DNA from: Dehalococcoidia bacterium
GTDB lineage: Bacteria; Chloroflexota; Dehalococcoidia; Lucifugimonadales; GCA-2712585
NCBI GenBank assembly: GCA_965208725.1
Contig: CBDBPI010000002.1
Location: 936,427 to 1,000,426 of the forward strand
Direction: 5' to 3'
DNA: 64,000 nucleotides
In this document: one piece after another, positions 9,373-18,103 of the stretch
Numbering within the stretch: the first letter of the stretch is position 1
Layout of the letters: every line of letters starts with the position of its first letter
Translations under genes and position numbers: made by a program
The notes under the pieces: model-generated
Seen by the model: the letters and a program-made list of their open reading frames with translations, nothing else
Database searches by the model: none
What the model was told of the DNA's origin: nothing

Positions 9373-9977
9373 CTATCTGCGTCTACTGGCTTGAGGGGAT
9401 AGCATTCGAATCTTGCGTTTCTTCGATGGCTGACGAACTCTAAGCCCTCTAAGAACGTCTATACGGTGCTCTATCAAACCAAGGATACCGTGAGAATGCT
9501 CTGGCCATAAGTCGGTCTTCGCCGCAGTTAATCCGTAGTGATCAACGTAGGAGAGCCTATAAAAGAAAGGCTCGACAATGTCCTTGAAAAAAATTCCATC
9601 CCGAGCGGTGGGTCCCATGGATATGGAAATCCGAGACATGCCTCTCCTGTGGGGTAAAAGTGTAGGTCCTCGACCGACATATCGTACCTATCAGCAATCC
9701 ATTGGTGTCTCAGGCCAGTCTCATAGACCTTTGGCCACTTTGTTGAGTGTTCAATGTCCAATTCCATCCTGATACTGAATCTGTCGGTGATAAACGTCGC
9801 CTGAGTTCGAGCTGCTGGATGTCGGCTACTTACAAGGGTTGCAGTATTTCTATCGAAATATGCTGAAACTTCTAGCAAGCCTCGAATAATGGATGGGTGA
9901 CCTCCGGAATATAGCCGGGGGTGACGTTTCAAAAGCCACCAAAGATCTCCTGGGATGACTTTCACTGCGGAAGCCAC
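9373..9977 (-). pseudogene. Unknown-family gene (~201 aa if repaired), split by a frameshift in a homopolymer run
   Basis: ORFs 9528..9977 and 9373..9639 overlap in adjacent frames. They fuse (...PPLGMEFFFKDIVEPFFY...) if the A7 run at 9587-9593 is read as A8. The start overlaps the TIR gene stop by 16 nt. Confidence 0.5.
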
Positions 9978-10645
9978 GTATTAAGGTACGGCTTCCTCGG
10001 AGTTGCCGTTGAAATCAAGCTAGTCATTGCTCCGGTTTGCGACGATGCATTGGGCTTAGAATATGAACCATCTGACGCGGGGCGTACCTCAGGACGACCG
10101 GCTGTTTGACTCAGTGAGAGATTTCGCCTAAGCTTCCGCCTCCCATTACTGACTAGCTTCCGGTTGTCTTCAGATTCCCGCGCTTGAAACGCCTCTTCGA
10201 TCCACTTTGACAGTTGGGTCCGGCTTTTCGGATATGGAAAATACTTGGCATATCCTGACTCCCAGTTGTCGGCGAATCGATCGGGCAGGATGGCTTGGCT
10301 CAATCTTGGAGACAAGATTGCAAGTAGGCCGTTAGGTAAGCCCGCTTTCGGACCTTGATGCAAGCTTGCAGCAATTTCCCAATCCACGAACTTCCTAGTC
10401 CATGTTTCCTTGCCGACAAAAAGCAAAGTTACTGTGGAGTCCTGGATGTGATCTTCGCGGATGCGTCGCATGACGTAATCGTCGTCGTCGCTATCAATCA
10501 GCTTATCCAAAGTCTGGTCACTGCCGACTGCTCTAGCTATAAACACATCTCGCTCATGGTCAAATTTTTCAATGAACTCGTCAACTTCTTCTTGGTCTTC
10601 GTGATGATATGAAATAAACGTCTTGTGCCGAACTTGCTCTGTCAT
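9962..10645 (-). CDS. TIR-like (DUF1863 / ThsB-like) protein with a low-complexity C-terminal tail
   Basis: KTFISYHHEDQ strand-1 start and TLLFVGKETWTRKFVDWEIA. Paralogous to 30237..30800. ATG 10645 follows AAGGAG; the ORF track extends to 10723. Confidence 0.7.
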   Translation of the reverse strand: MTEQVRHKTFISYHHEDQEEVDEFIEKFDHERDVFIARAVGSDQTLDKLIDSDDDDYVMRRIREDHIQDSTVTLLFVGKETWTRKFVDWEIAASLHQGPKAGLPNGLLAILSPRLSQAILPDRFADNWESGYAKYFPYPKSRTQLSKWIEEAFQARESEDNRKLVSNGRRKLRRNLSLSQTAGRPEVRPASDGSYSKPNASSQTGAMTSLISTATPRKPYLNTWLPQ

Positions 10646-10740
10646 TCTGGTATTCTCCTTTTGGTTTTCGCATACCTGCAGTCCATGTCCGAACTCGCCC
10701 TTGTTGATTGGGTTAGTTGACATAGTATAGGTCTCTGTGA

Positions 10741-10771
10741 TCTAGCTGTCAAACAGTCACGCTCTAGCTGT
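10741..10771. promoter_or_regulatory. Candidate operator: TCTAGCTGT direct repeat in the divergent TIR / XRE intergenic region
   Basis: TCTAGCTGT occurs at 10741-10749 and 10763-10771 (22-nt spacing). A third CTAGCTG lies at 10820-10826, next to the XRE RBS. Confidence 0.3.
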
Positions 10772-10837
10772 GGAACATTGACTAGGGTATGTATTGTCGC
10801 TACTCTGTGGGGATAGTTGCTAGCTGGAGGTGACCTC

Positions 10838-11233
10838 ATGTCTCTCGGTAATTATCTGCGGCGGGTGAGGCATGAGCTTGAGCTCTCGTTGCGGGACGTC
10901 CACCGCCTAGCAAGAGATAAACAACTCGGGGCTGAACTAAGTAGCGGCTATCTCAGCATGCTGGAGCGTAACGAGATTAAGGAGCCCTCTCCGAGGATTC
11001 TACACACGCTCTCCACCATCTACGATGTCGACTACATCGACTTGATGCGTAGGGCTAGGTATATTCCATCAGAATCGGTTGTCCGGAAAAGGCAGGCAGC
11101 TTTCGTAGCATTTAAAGGAGCTTCTCAGCTATCCAAGGAGCAACAGGAGCGGATTCAGCGCATCATCAATTTTGAACTGAGTGAAAGCCGTAAGGCGAAT
11201 CGACGTAATTTGCCAAGACATACCGATGGCTAG
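10838..11233 (+). CDS. XRE-family HTH regulator (CapH-like position)
   Basis: LGNYLRRVRHELELSLRDVHRLA...SSGYLSMLERNE is a Cro/C1-type HTH. GGAGG RBS before ATG 10838. Confidence 0.8.
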   Translation: MSLGNYLRRVRHELELSLRDVHRLARDKQLGAELSSGYLSMLERNEIKEPSPRILHTLSTIYDVDYIDLMRRARYIPSESVVRKRQAAFVAFKGASQLSKEQQERIQRIINFELSESRKANRRNLPRHTDG

Positions 11234-12194
11234 GATTATAAACTCCGATCGGCTCGCGATTAGAGCTGAAGCTGAACGATTTCTTGCAACACACGGCTTT
11301 TCCACTCCTCCCTTGCCGCCAGATCAAGCGCTCTCGGCACAAAGCCTAGTAGTAGCACAGCTCACGCTAGACGATCTTCTGGCTAAAGTTAGCCTACCTG
11401 CCAAAGACAACCAGAGTATTCAAGCTATGCTGGACACGCAAGAGCGAGCTGTGGCTTTCAAACGTGGGCTCCATTCCCAAAAGCGGAATTGGGGTTCACT
11501 TCACGAAGTGGCTCACGATTACCTCCCTTGGCAACGAGAACTGCTATATTGCTGTCCATTACTTTGGCTACCTGAGAATGTACAAAAGCAGTTTGAAGCG
11601 GAGGCGGACATCTTCACAGCAGAGGCCTTTTTCTTCGGGCAAAGTTTCCGGGACAATGCGTTTGCCGGGGACATAAGTCTCAGCACAGCAATTGAACTTG
11701 CTACTCAGGTATACGGGACTTCCCTACACTCTACGTTCGCTCACAATGTTGAAGAAAGTCCTGTGCCCCGGTGTTTGCTTGTGTGGAGGCCAAAGGCCAA
11801 AAACGGACAACAATGCTGCAATGAGTTGGCACTTAAGTACTATGTGAAATCGAAGGGTTTTCGTGGTCATGTAGGCCCAGGACAGATTGCAGATCCGGAT
11901 GGAGTATTGACCAAACTGTTTATGAACTCCAACCTTGGAGTGACAAGGCATGAGGTGGCACTAATTGATAGATCCGGACAGCACTTTTCTGTGCAGGCAG
12001 AATCCTTCTCAAATTCCTACACCGTGTTTACCTTAACCCCAATCCACCGAAGAAGTAGGCGGGAGGATGTGGAAACGGGGAAGAGAAAGTGCTCCTTTGA
12101 ATCTGGGATAATGGTTTTCACGCCGAAAACCGATCCAGAACAAGGAGCACCCAATAGATGCTATCATCTGAGCGTCCCGACCGCATCTCCGTAG
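11226..12194 (+). CDS. ImmA/IrrE-family Zn metallopeptidase (CapP-like position), 3' end displaced by an IS1380 insertion
   Basis: HEVAH motif (WGSLHEVAHDYLPW). The start overlaps the XRE stop. After 12036 the frame reads into the IS. Deleting the IS restores ...YTVFTLIGQPTPRSKQLAASPSNGK-stop (13754-13812). Confidence 0.7.
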   Translation: MARIINSDRLAIRAEAERFLATHGFSTPPLPPDQALSAQSLVVAQLTLDDLLAKVSLPAKDNQSIQAMLDTQERAVAFKRGLHSQKRNWGSLHEVAHDYLPWQRELLYCCPLLWLPENVQKQFEAEADIFTAEAFFFGQSFRDNAFAGDISLSTAIELATQVYGTSLHSTFAHNVEESPVPRCLLVWRPKAKNGQQCCNELALKYYVKSKGFRGHVGPGQIADPDGVLTKLFMNSNLGVTRHEVALIDRSGQHFSVQAESFSNSYTVFTLTPIHRRSRREDVETGKRKCSFESGIMVFTPKTDPEQGAPNRCYHLSVPTASP

Positions 12195-13753
12195 CCTTCG
12201 ATGATCCCCGACTGGTCGCCAATGCGGGACTGATGGTGCCGCTCACCCTGGCCCATCATCTGGGTCTGGGTGAACTGGTGGACAACCACCTTGATCTGGG
12301 AGATGCGCCGGGGAGAGCGAATGGGGGAGACAAGATGCTGACGTTGGTGGCATCGGCCCTGGCAGGGGGCGACTGCATCGACGACGCGGACGCACTGCGA
12401 GCCGGAGGTACCGAGAGGGTGCTGGGATGTAGGGTGAAGGCGCCATCGACCCTGGGTACATTCCTACGCAGCTACAGGTGGGGCCATGTCCGTCAGTTGG
12501 ACCGGGTGAGCCGGGAACTGCTGAGACGGGCATGGGACTCCGAGGCAGGACCAGGCGAGTCACCGTTGACCATCGATCTAGACTCGACTATCTGCGAGAC
12601 CTACGGGCTGGCCAAGGAGGGAGCACGCCGCCACAACTACAGCGGCCAGCGGGGCTACCACCCGCTGGTGGCCGTGGCTGCGGGAACAGGCGAGGTGGTG
12701 ATGGCGAGGCTGCGACAGGGTAGAGCCAACACCGGTCGGGGTGCAGCCCACTTTCTGCGTGAGACGGTGAGCCGTGTGCGTCACGCGGGGGGTGAAGGTC
12801 AACTCACCGTGCGGGCCGACAGCGGCTTCTACAGCCGGGACATCGTAGCCATGTGTCGCGACAAGGGTGTCCGCTTCTCCATCACCGTCAGACAGCACAG
12901 GCACCTGCGCGATCTCATAGAGGAGATACCCGAGGATGCCTGGACTCCCATCCCCTACTGGATGGACGGAGCCGCCGACGTGGCCGAAACCACCTACACG
13001 CCCTTTGCGAGCAAACCCGATGCCGTGCCGGTACGGCTGATAGTGCGCAGGGTGAAACCCACCCCAGGCTCCCAACTGGCCCTTATCGCCAACTACAGCT
13101 ACCACGCCTTCATCACCGACCGGGAGGGAGACACCCTGGAGTTGGAGGCCGACCATCGCCGCCACGCAGAGGTGGAGAACGCCATCCGCGACCTCAAGTA
13201 CGGTGTGGGACTCAACCATCTGCCCTCGGGACAATTCTCCGCCAACGCCGCCTGGATGGCCGTGCAGGTGATAGCCCACAACCTGGCCCGTTGGACTTCC
13301 CGCATCGGTCTGGATATGCGGGTGATGAACACAAAGACCCTCAGGCGCCGTCTCTTCTCCCTGGTCGGACGGCTCACTCGCTCGGCCCGTCGGTTCACCC
13401 TGCATCTCCCGCAGCGCTGGCCTTGGGCGGACCTCTTCAGCCGTGCTCTGGAGAGACTACGCGCCCTGCCAGCACCTTCCTGACACACTCCATCAACGTC
13501 TGGACCCGTCCTCGGTCTGTCCCATCGCCTGGCCAAACCCCGTCCGGGTAAGTCCCCTGTGTCTCCTCCCACCCCTTGCCCTCCAGATCCGGGTCAAAAC
13601 CAGCCTCCGGCCCTCTCAACATCCCTTCAATCCCGCCCCTGCTCTACCCTTCCGTCCTCTACATAGTCCTCAGGACCTTATCCTCCCCTTTCCTCGTCTC
13701 CCATCGCCAGCCTGAACAGCCTAACCAAATCCCTTCGGTGGATTCGGGCTTAA
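12033..13753 (+). mobile_element. IS1380-family insertion sequence, apparently intact
   Basis: Imperfect terminal inverted repeats CCCCAATCCACCGAAG (12037-12052) and CTTCGGTGGATTCGGGC (13733-13749). Each is flanked by TTAA (target duplication or outermost IR bases). GC is much higher than the neighbours. Confidence 0.8.
12158..13483 (+). CDS. IS1380-family DDE transposase
   Basis: 441 aa. Segments such as VANAGLMVP, GGDKMLTLVASALAGGDCIDDAD, RADSGFYS and HRRHAEVENAIRDLK are typical of IS1380 transposases. Confidence 0.85.
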   Translation: MLSSERPDRISVAFDDPRLVANAGLMVPLTLAHHLGLGELVDNHLDLGDAPGRANGGDKMLTLVASALAGGDCIDDADALRAGGTERVLGCRVKAPSTLGTFLRSYRWGHVRQLDRVSRELLRRAWDSEAGPGESPLTIDLDSTICETYGLAKEGARRHNYSGQRGYHPLVAVAAGTGEVVMARLRQGRANTGRGAAHFLRETVSRVRHAGGEGQLTVRADSGFYSRDIVAMCRDKGVRFSITVRQHRHLRDLIEEIPEDAWTPIPYWMDGAADVAETTYTPFASKPDAVPVRLIVRRVKPTPGSQLALIANYSYHAFITDREGDTLELEADHRRHAEVENAIRDLKYGVGLNHLPSGQFSANAAWMAVQVIAHNLARWTSRIGLDMRVMNTKTLRRRLFSLVGRLTRSARRFTLHLPQRWPWADLFSRALERLRALPAPS

Positions 13754-14064
13754 TTGGCCAGCCGACTCCCAGGTCAAAGCAATTGGCGGCGAGCCCCTCC
13801 AATGGCAAATGACTGAATCAACTTCTCCCTTGGGCGGTGTGTTTCCCAATTCCCGGATTTCCGCAGTCAAACTAGCGAGGAACCTAGCACTGGTTCGTTG
13901 GGCCCTTTGAGAGATAGCTTATAACAGAGAACCTGCCAGTAGATTGATCCAGTCCGTTCGATATCGTTACGGGCAGTCCCGTTATCAATCACATTAAAAC
14001 TGAACAGCATTGAGATGGGAGACGGATGACTTGAGTCTTGACGACCGCCAGCTAGAGGTGAACC

Positions 14065-14553
14065 ATGAATTTGCGAAAACTTTTCAAGGATTTTCGCTTA
14101 GAGAAGATTAGACTCAGTCCAAAAGGGGCCATGGTAGAGGTGACTTTTAGACCGGCTGACAGAGATGCTGCCTGGGAGCTTTATGTTGAGATGCTCACAA
14201 GGGTTGTCACTCAGCCGTTACCTATAGAGTCTGGTGATGAAAGGAGTTCATTAGAAAGCGTCTACGCTCTTTTCGGACTTACCCGAGATACATTACGTCG
14301 GCACGGAAGGGGAACAATTCAATTCACGAAAGTGGCGATTCCCGTGCTGAACCAGATTGTACGCCCCTTCACTGCGAAGTGGCATAAAGAGAGTTTGGCT
14401 GGAGCCTTTGAACAAAAGGAAATGTGTGATGAGTTTCGCGACGAACTCGCAAAACTACAACACGAACTGCGCAACTACAATTGCATGTTGGCGGAGATCG
14501 CTGGAGTGGAAGACTTGACTTACTTGGAGGAGACTCAAGAATCTGAGCAATGA
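14065..14553 (+). CDS. Hypothetical protein (162 aa), helical, no recognised motif
   Basis: Isolated ORF with a plausible RBS (GAGG) between the IS1380 copy and a dead transposase. Codon usage resembles the island. Confidence 0.4.
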   Translation: MNLRKLFKDFRLEKIRLSPKGAMVEVTFRPADRDAAWELYVEMLTRVVTQPLPIESGDERSSLESVYALFGLTRDTLRRHGRGTIQFTKVAIPVLNQIVRPFTAKWHKESLAGAFEQKEMCDEFRDELAKLQHELRNYNCMLAEIAGVEDLTYLEETQESEQ

Positions 14554-14739
14554 CGAGAGACTCAGTATGTTTATCACTTACCCCCACAACCTTGAACAAC
14601 GGGCTAAGGATGAATTTGTTCGTATGGTGGGAGATTACCTGGTGATTGGCGTTATCCATTCTTGCCGCCTGTCGCCTCATTCAAAATTGTTACCGAAGAA
14701 ATTTCAGCTTTGGTTGACGCCCACTGGTCCGATGACACT

Positions 14740-15426
14740 CTAGTCAGCCTCTAATTTTTCACTCTGTTCTGCTGAAGCATACACCAACTGTCTGGCTACC
14801 ACCCTTCGCCACTGACGGACTCTGCGCTGCAGGGTCCGCAGTTGACGTCTGCTATAGCGATCTGGATAGCGGCGCATCAATAGATCAAGAAGAGCGGAAG
14901 CCGTAATGTCCTGATGCTTCTGAAGCCATTCAAGGATCTCACACCACACTCCCTCGAAGGGATTCGGGCGAGAGTGCGAGGTACGCGGAGCGCTGCGACC
15001 GTCACTTGAAGTGTGGGTAGGGCGCACTTCCCCCTCTCGCCACAGCTCAGGCAGCCTGGAAAGGAAGTGTTCCAGTCTCTCACTGTTTGGCAGACTCGCC
15101 GAATCATTGGTGTTTAAGGCGGCAAGCGCCGATTGAGCCTCACGTATCGTATGCAACAGAGATATGGGATCCAGTCTCTCACGGCTGTTCTCCAGTCCAC
15201 GCCTTACCTCCTCACTCACGTCATCCCTCTCTAGCAGGCGGTCGCACGGCGTTGCTGGTTTCCTGTACCGCTTCTTAATGCTGCCTCCATCCCTACTCCG
15301 TTCAAGCAGTTGGAACGAAGGCTGAAAATGGTTCACATACAGACGCATCGCTCCGTAGAGGTGAGCTAGAATCTGACCGGCCACGGAGCCCGAATATCGC
15401 TCGTGTTCCACAAAGCGGCGGATCAT
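14740..15426 (-). pseudogene. C-terminal remnant of an rve-type DDE transposase (IS481/ISNCY-like)
   Basis: Just upstream, in frame, is ...TWIDQKNGS followed by MIRRFVEHERY (the E-region of the DDE core), preceded by a stop. 15430-16150 has only broken frames. Confidence 0.5.
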
Positions 15427-16291
15427 CGAGCCGTTCTTCTGATCTATCCAAGTCTAGGCGTACGTTAAGCCTGGCAACTCGTGAACACTATGCCCTTACC
15501 GGCGCAAACCCAATTCTAGGTGTCGTTGATTGAGGCGCTGTCTTTGTACGAGTCTCTCTCACTAACCGAAACCGGGAATCTCAAGTAATGGCTTCGAGTT
15601 GCACCACTATCTGAGACCATTCACGCGCCGGAAGTGAAGTCGCCTCCGTCCATCCTGAACACACGTCGGTTTCCACTAAGTCCATCTCAAGATAGCCAGT
15701 ATCGGGTTCCTTTCAGCCAATTGAAGTCTGTACTTCGGTCCCTGATCGCATATCCCACGTAAAGCCTCCTACCCTACGATCATTACCTGCTTCGCAGTCT
15801 AGCCGAAGATGTGTCGGCTCTTGGGAAGTGTTAGACCTGGCACCAGCTCGCACTAGACCAATATCCTGACGGCGGGACTTTTGTTGCAGTTCGCAATCAC
15901 CACAAAGTCGTCAAGAATCCTGCTCATTTCATTCTTTGAACTCTCCCTGACTTTGGCAACGATATCATAGGGCCACTACCTTGTTTCGTAAACATTACTC
16001 GTGAGTCCATAGCTCAAATTCGGAAACGTATTCTTTGAGGCAACGCGCCGGCAAAAGTGGTTGACGACAATCATCCCTGCCCTTGACACATCTAAGTCGC
16101 CTCTTTAGCTTAAGTGACTACTGAAAGGCTCATTCAAGCCTAGCTACATACTGGAGTCACTCTAGTCTCTCAGTTCGCCATCTTAAGGAGCTCTGTAATG
16201 TCTCCCTGGCCACAATACTGAATCCGAATCCCGCTGACTGTCCAGAGAGCGAATAGTAAAGGATGGCTTGGGTGGAACTTAGGCAATCTCA

Positions 16292-17743
16292 ATGACAACT
16301 TCACCATACGACGGACTTGACCAAGTGCTGGCGCTCCTTGATGAGTTGGCAAGAGAGACTGCCATTGGAGAATACCTTTTTAGGGGCGAACCCCGTCACT
16401 ATGCTAAGGTATCATCAGGTTTGTTCCGGCACTACGAGAGCTTGGAGAGTATGAGCTTCGACATAGGGGTCGTCCAAAGTGAAATCCTTGAACAAGCCAA
16501 AAGGTACACGCTTGAAGAAAACGATCTAGAAATCCTAGCTGCGATCCAGCATTTCGGTGGCAGGACCAATCTCATAGACTTCACGAGCGATCTTCTTATT
16601 GCCCTTTTTTTTGCTTGCGATGGACATCCTCAAGTTGATGGAAGGATCATTCTGCTTAGGGTTTCCGACGACATAAGTGACTGTATCAGGAGGCCCCGCA
16701 ATCCAGTCAATCGAATCCTTGCCCAGAAAAGCATCTTTGTCCAGCCACCAAAGGGATACATAGAAGACGGCAATATGGTTGTTATAAATGTACCCCATGA
16801 CATTAAGGCATCTATACTAAGGTTCTTGCAAACTCGCCATGGTATTTCCTCACATGCAATCTATAATGACCTTCATGGGTTCATCCGGTTCCAAGATCTT
16901 CACGAAAGCTCATACGCGGCCTTTAGTGCCGGTATGACCCATGGGTCCAGAGGGAAACAAGCCAAGGCGATTGAAAGCTACACCAAAGCCTTAGAACTAA
17001 ACCAGCAATTCGCCCCAGCCTACAACAATCGAGGAACTGCATACATAGACAGCAAACAATATGACCTTGCCATCGATGACTTTGACAAGGCAATTGAAAT
17101 CGATGCCAAACTCTCCGCCGCATACTTTAATCGGGCAATCGCTTACCGACACAAAGGCGAACTAGAAAGGGCCATGGAAGACCTAGACAATGCGATTGTT
17201 CTAGACCCAGGATTCGCCAAAGCCTACAGCGACCGAGGCAATTTGCACTTGGACGATGGCAAATATAATCGGGCCATGCAAGACTACAACAAAGCACTAT
17301 CGTTGGACCCAAATGAACCAAAGGCATACTTGAACCGAGGAAACGCATTTCTGCATTTGGAAGAATACGAAAAGGCCATTGACGACTATGACTACGCAAT
17401 CACACTCGCACCCAATTATGCCGAAGCATACTGCAACCGGGCCTCTGCATTCGTCGAGATGGGAGAATTTAGCAGCGCAATTGAAGACTGCAACAAGACT
17501 CTTGATCTAGGGTTCGAAAGAGGACGAGTCTACTACCTGAGGGGCATCGCTTGGTTAGGACTTTCGAACTGGAGTGATGGCAAAAAAGATCTGAATATTG
17601 CACGTAACAATGGAGTCGACATTTCAAAAGTATTTTGCGAGAGGTGGAAGCACGTTGGCAAATTTGAGAAAATCTTCAACATCAAAATACCAGAAGAAGT
17701 AGCCAAAATGTTAGATTCGACAACTGAGCAAAATGACGACTAG
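16292..17743 (+). CDS. FRG-domain protein with C-terminal TPR repeats
   Basis: YLFRGEP...AAIQHFGGRTNLIDFTSDLLIALFFA is the FRG-domain signature. It is followed by ~7 TPR units (AYNNRGTAY, AYFNRAIAY, AYSDRGNLH, AYLNRGNAF, AYCNRASAF). Confidence 0.7.
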   Translation: MTTSPYDGLDQVLALLDELARETAIGEYLFRGEPRHYAKVSSGLFRHYESLESMSFDIGVVQSEILEQAKRYTLEENDLEILAAIQHFGGRTNLIDFTSDLLIALFFACDGHPQVDGRIILLRVSDDISDCIRRPRNPVNRILAQKSIFVQPPKGYIEDGNMVVINVPHDIKASILRFLQTRHGISSHAIYNDLHGFIRFQDLHESSYAAFSAGMTHGSRGKQAKAIESYTKALELNQQFAPAYNNRGTAYIDSKQYDLAIDDFDKAIEIDAKLSAAYFNRAIAYRHKGELERAMEDLDNAIVLDPGFAKAYSDRGNLHLDDGKYNRAMQDYNKALSLDPNEPKAYLNRGNAFLHLEEYEKAIDDYDYAITLAPNYAEAYCNRASAFVEMGEFSSAIEDCNKTLDLGFERGRVYYLRGIAWLGLSNWSDGKKDLNIARNNGVDISKVFCERWKHVGKFEKIFNIKIPEEVAKMLDSTTEQNDD

Positions 17744-18103
17744 CGTAATTCGAAGTTAAAGAGGGGATCCATATCCTTCCGTATGGCAATGCAACCAGCC
17801 AGTACGCCAAGTTTGAACTCATTACCGTATATTTGGTACGGAGAGACAAGAACCATGAGTTTATGTCTCTAGAGGACATAGGAAATATATCCGGCGCGCG
17901 CGGGATTGGAATAGTCTAAAGCACAGGCTGCAAAAGGGACTTTTAGACGCTCCGTGCGCAATCGAGAAACGTCATGTCGTGATGGGAATTCCCTTCTCTA
18001 TTTGGATTACACTTTGACTAGCAGTCAATTCACAAGAAATGGCGAGTACGACAAGCCAGAGATGCCAGGTGGAAACAGCGATCTGACCTAGTTTGGCAAT
18101 GAT

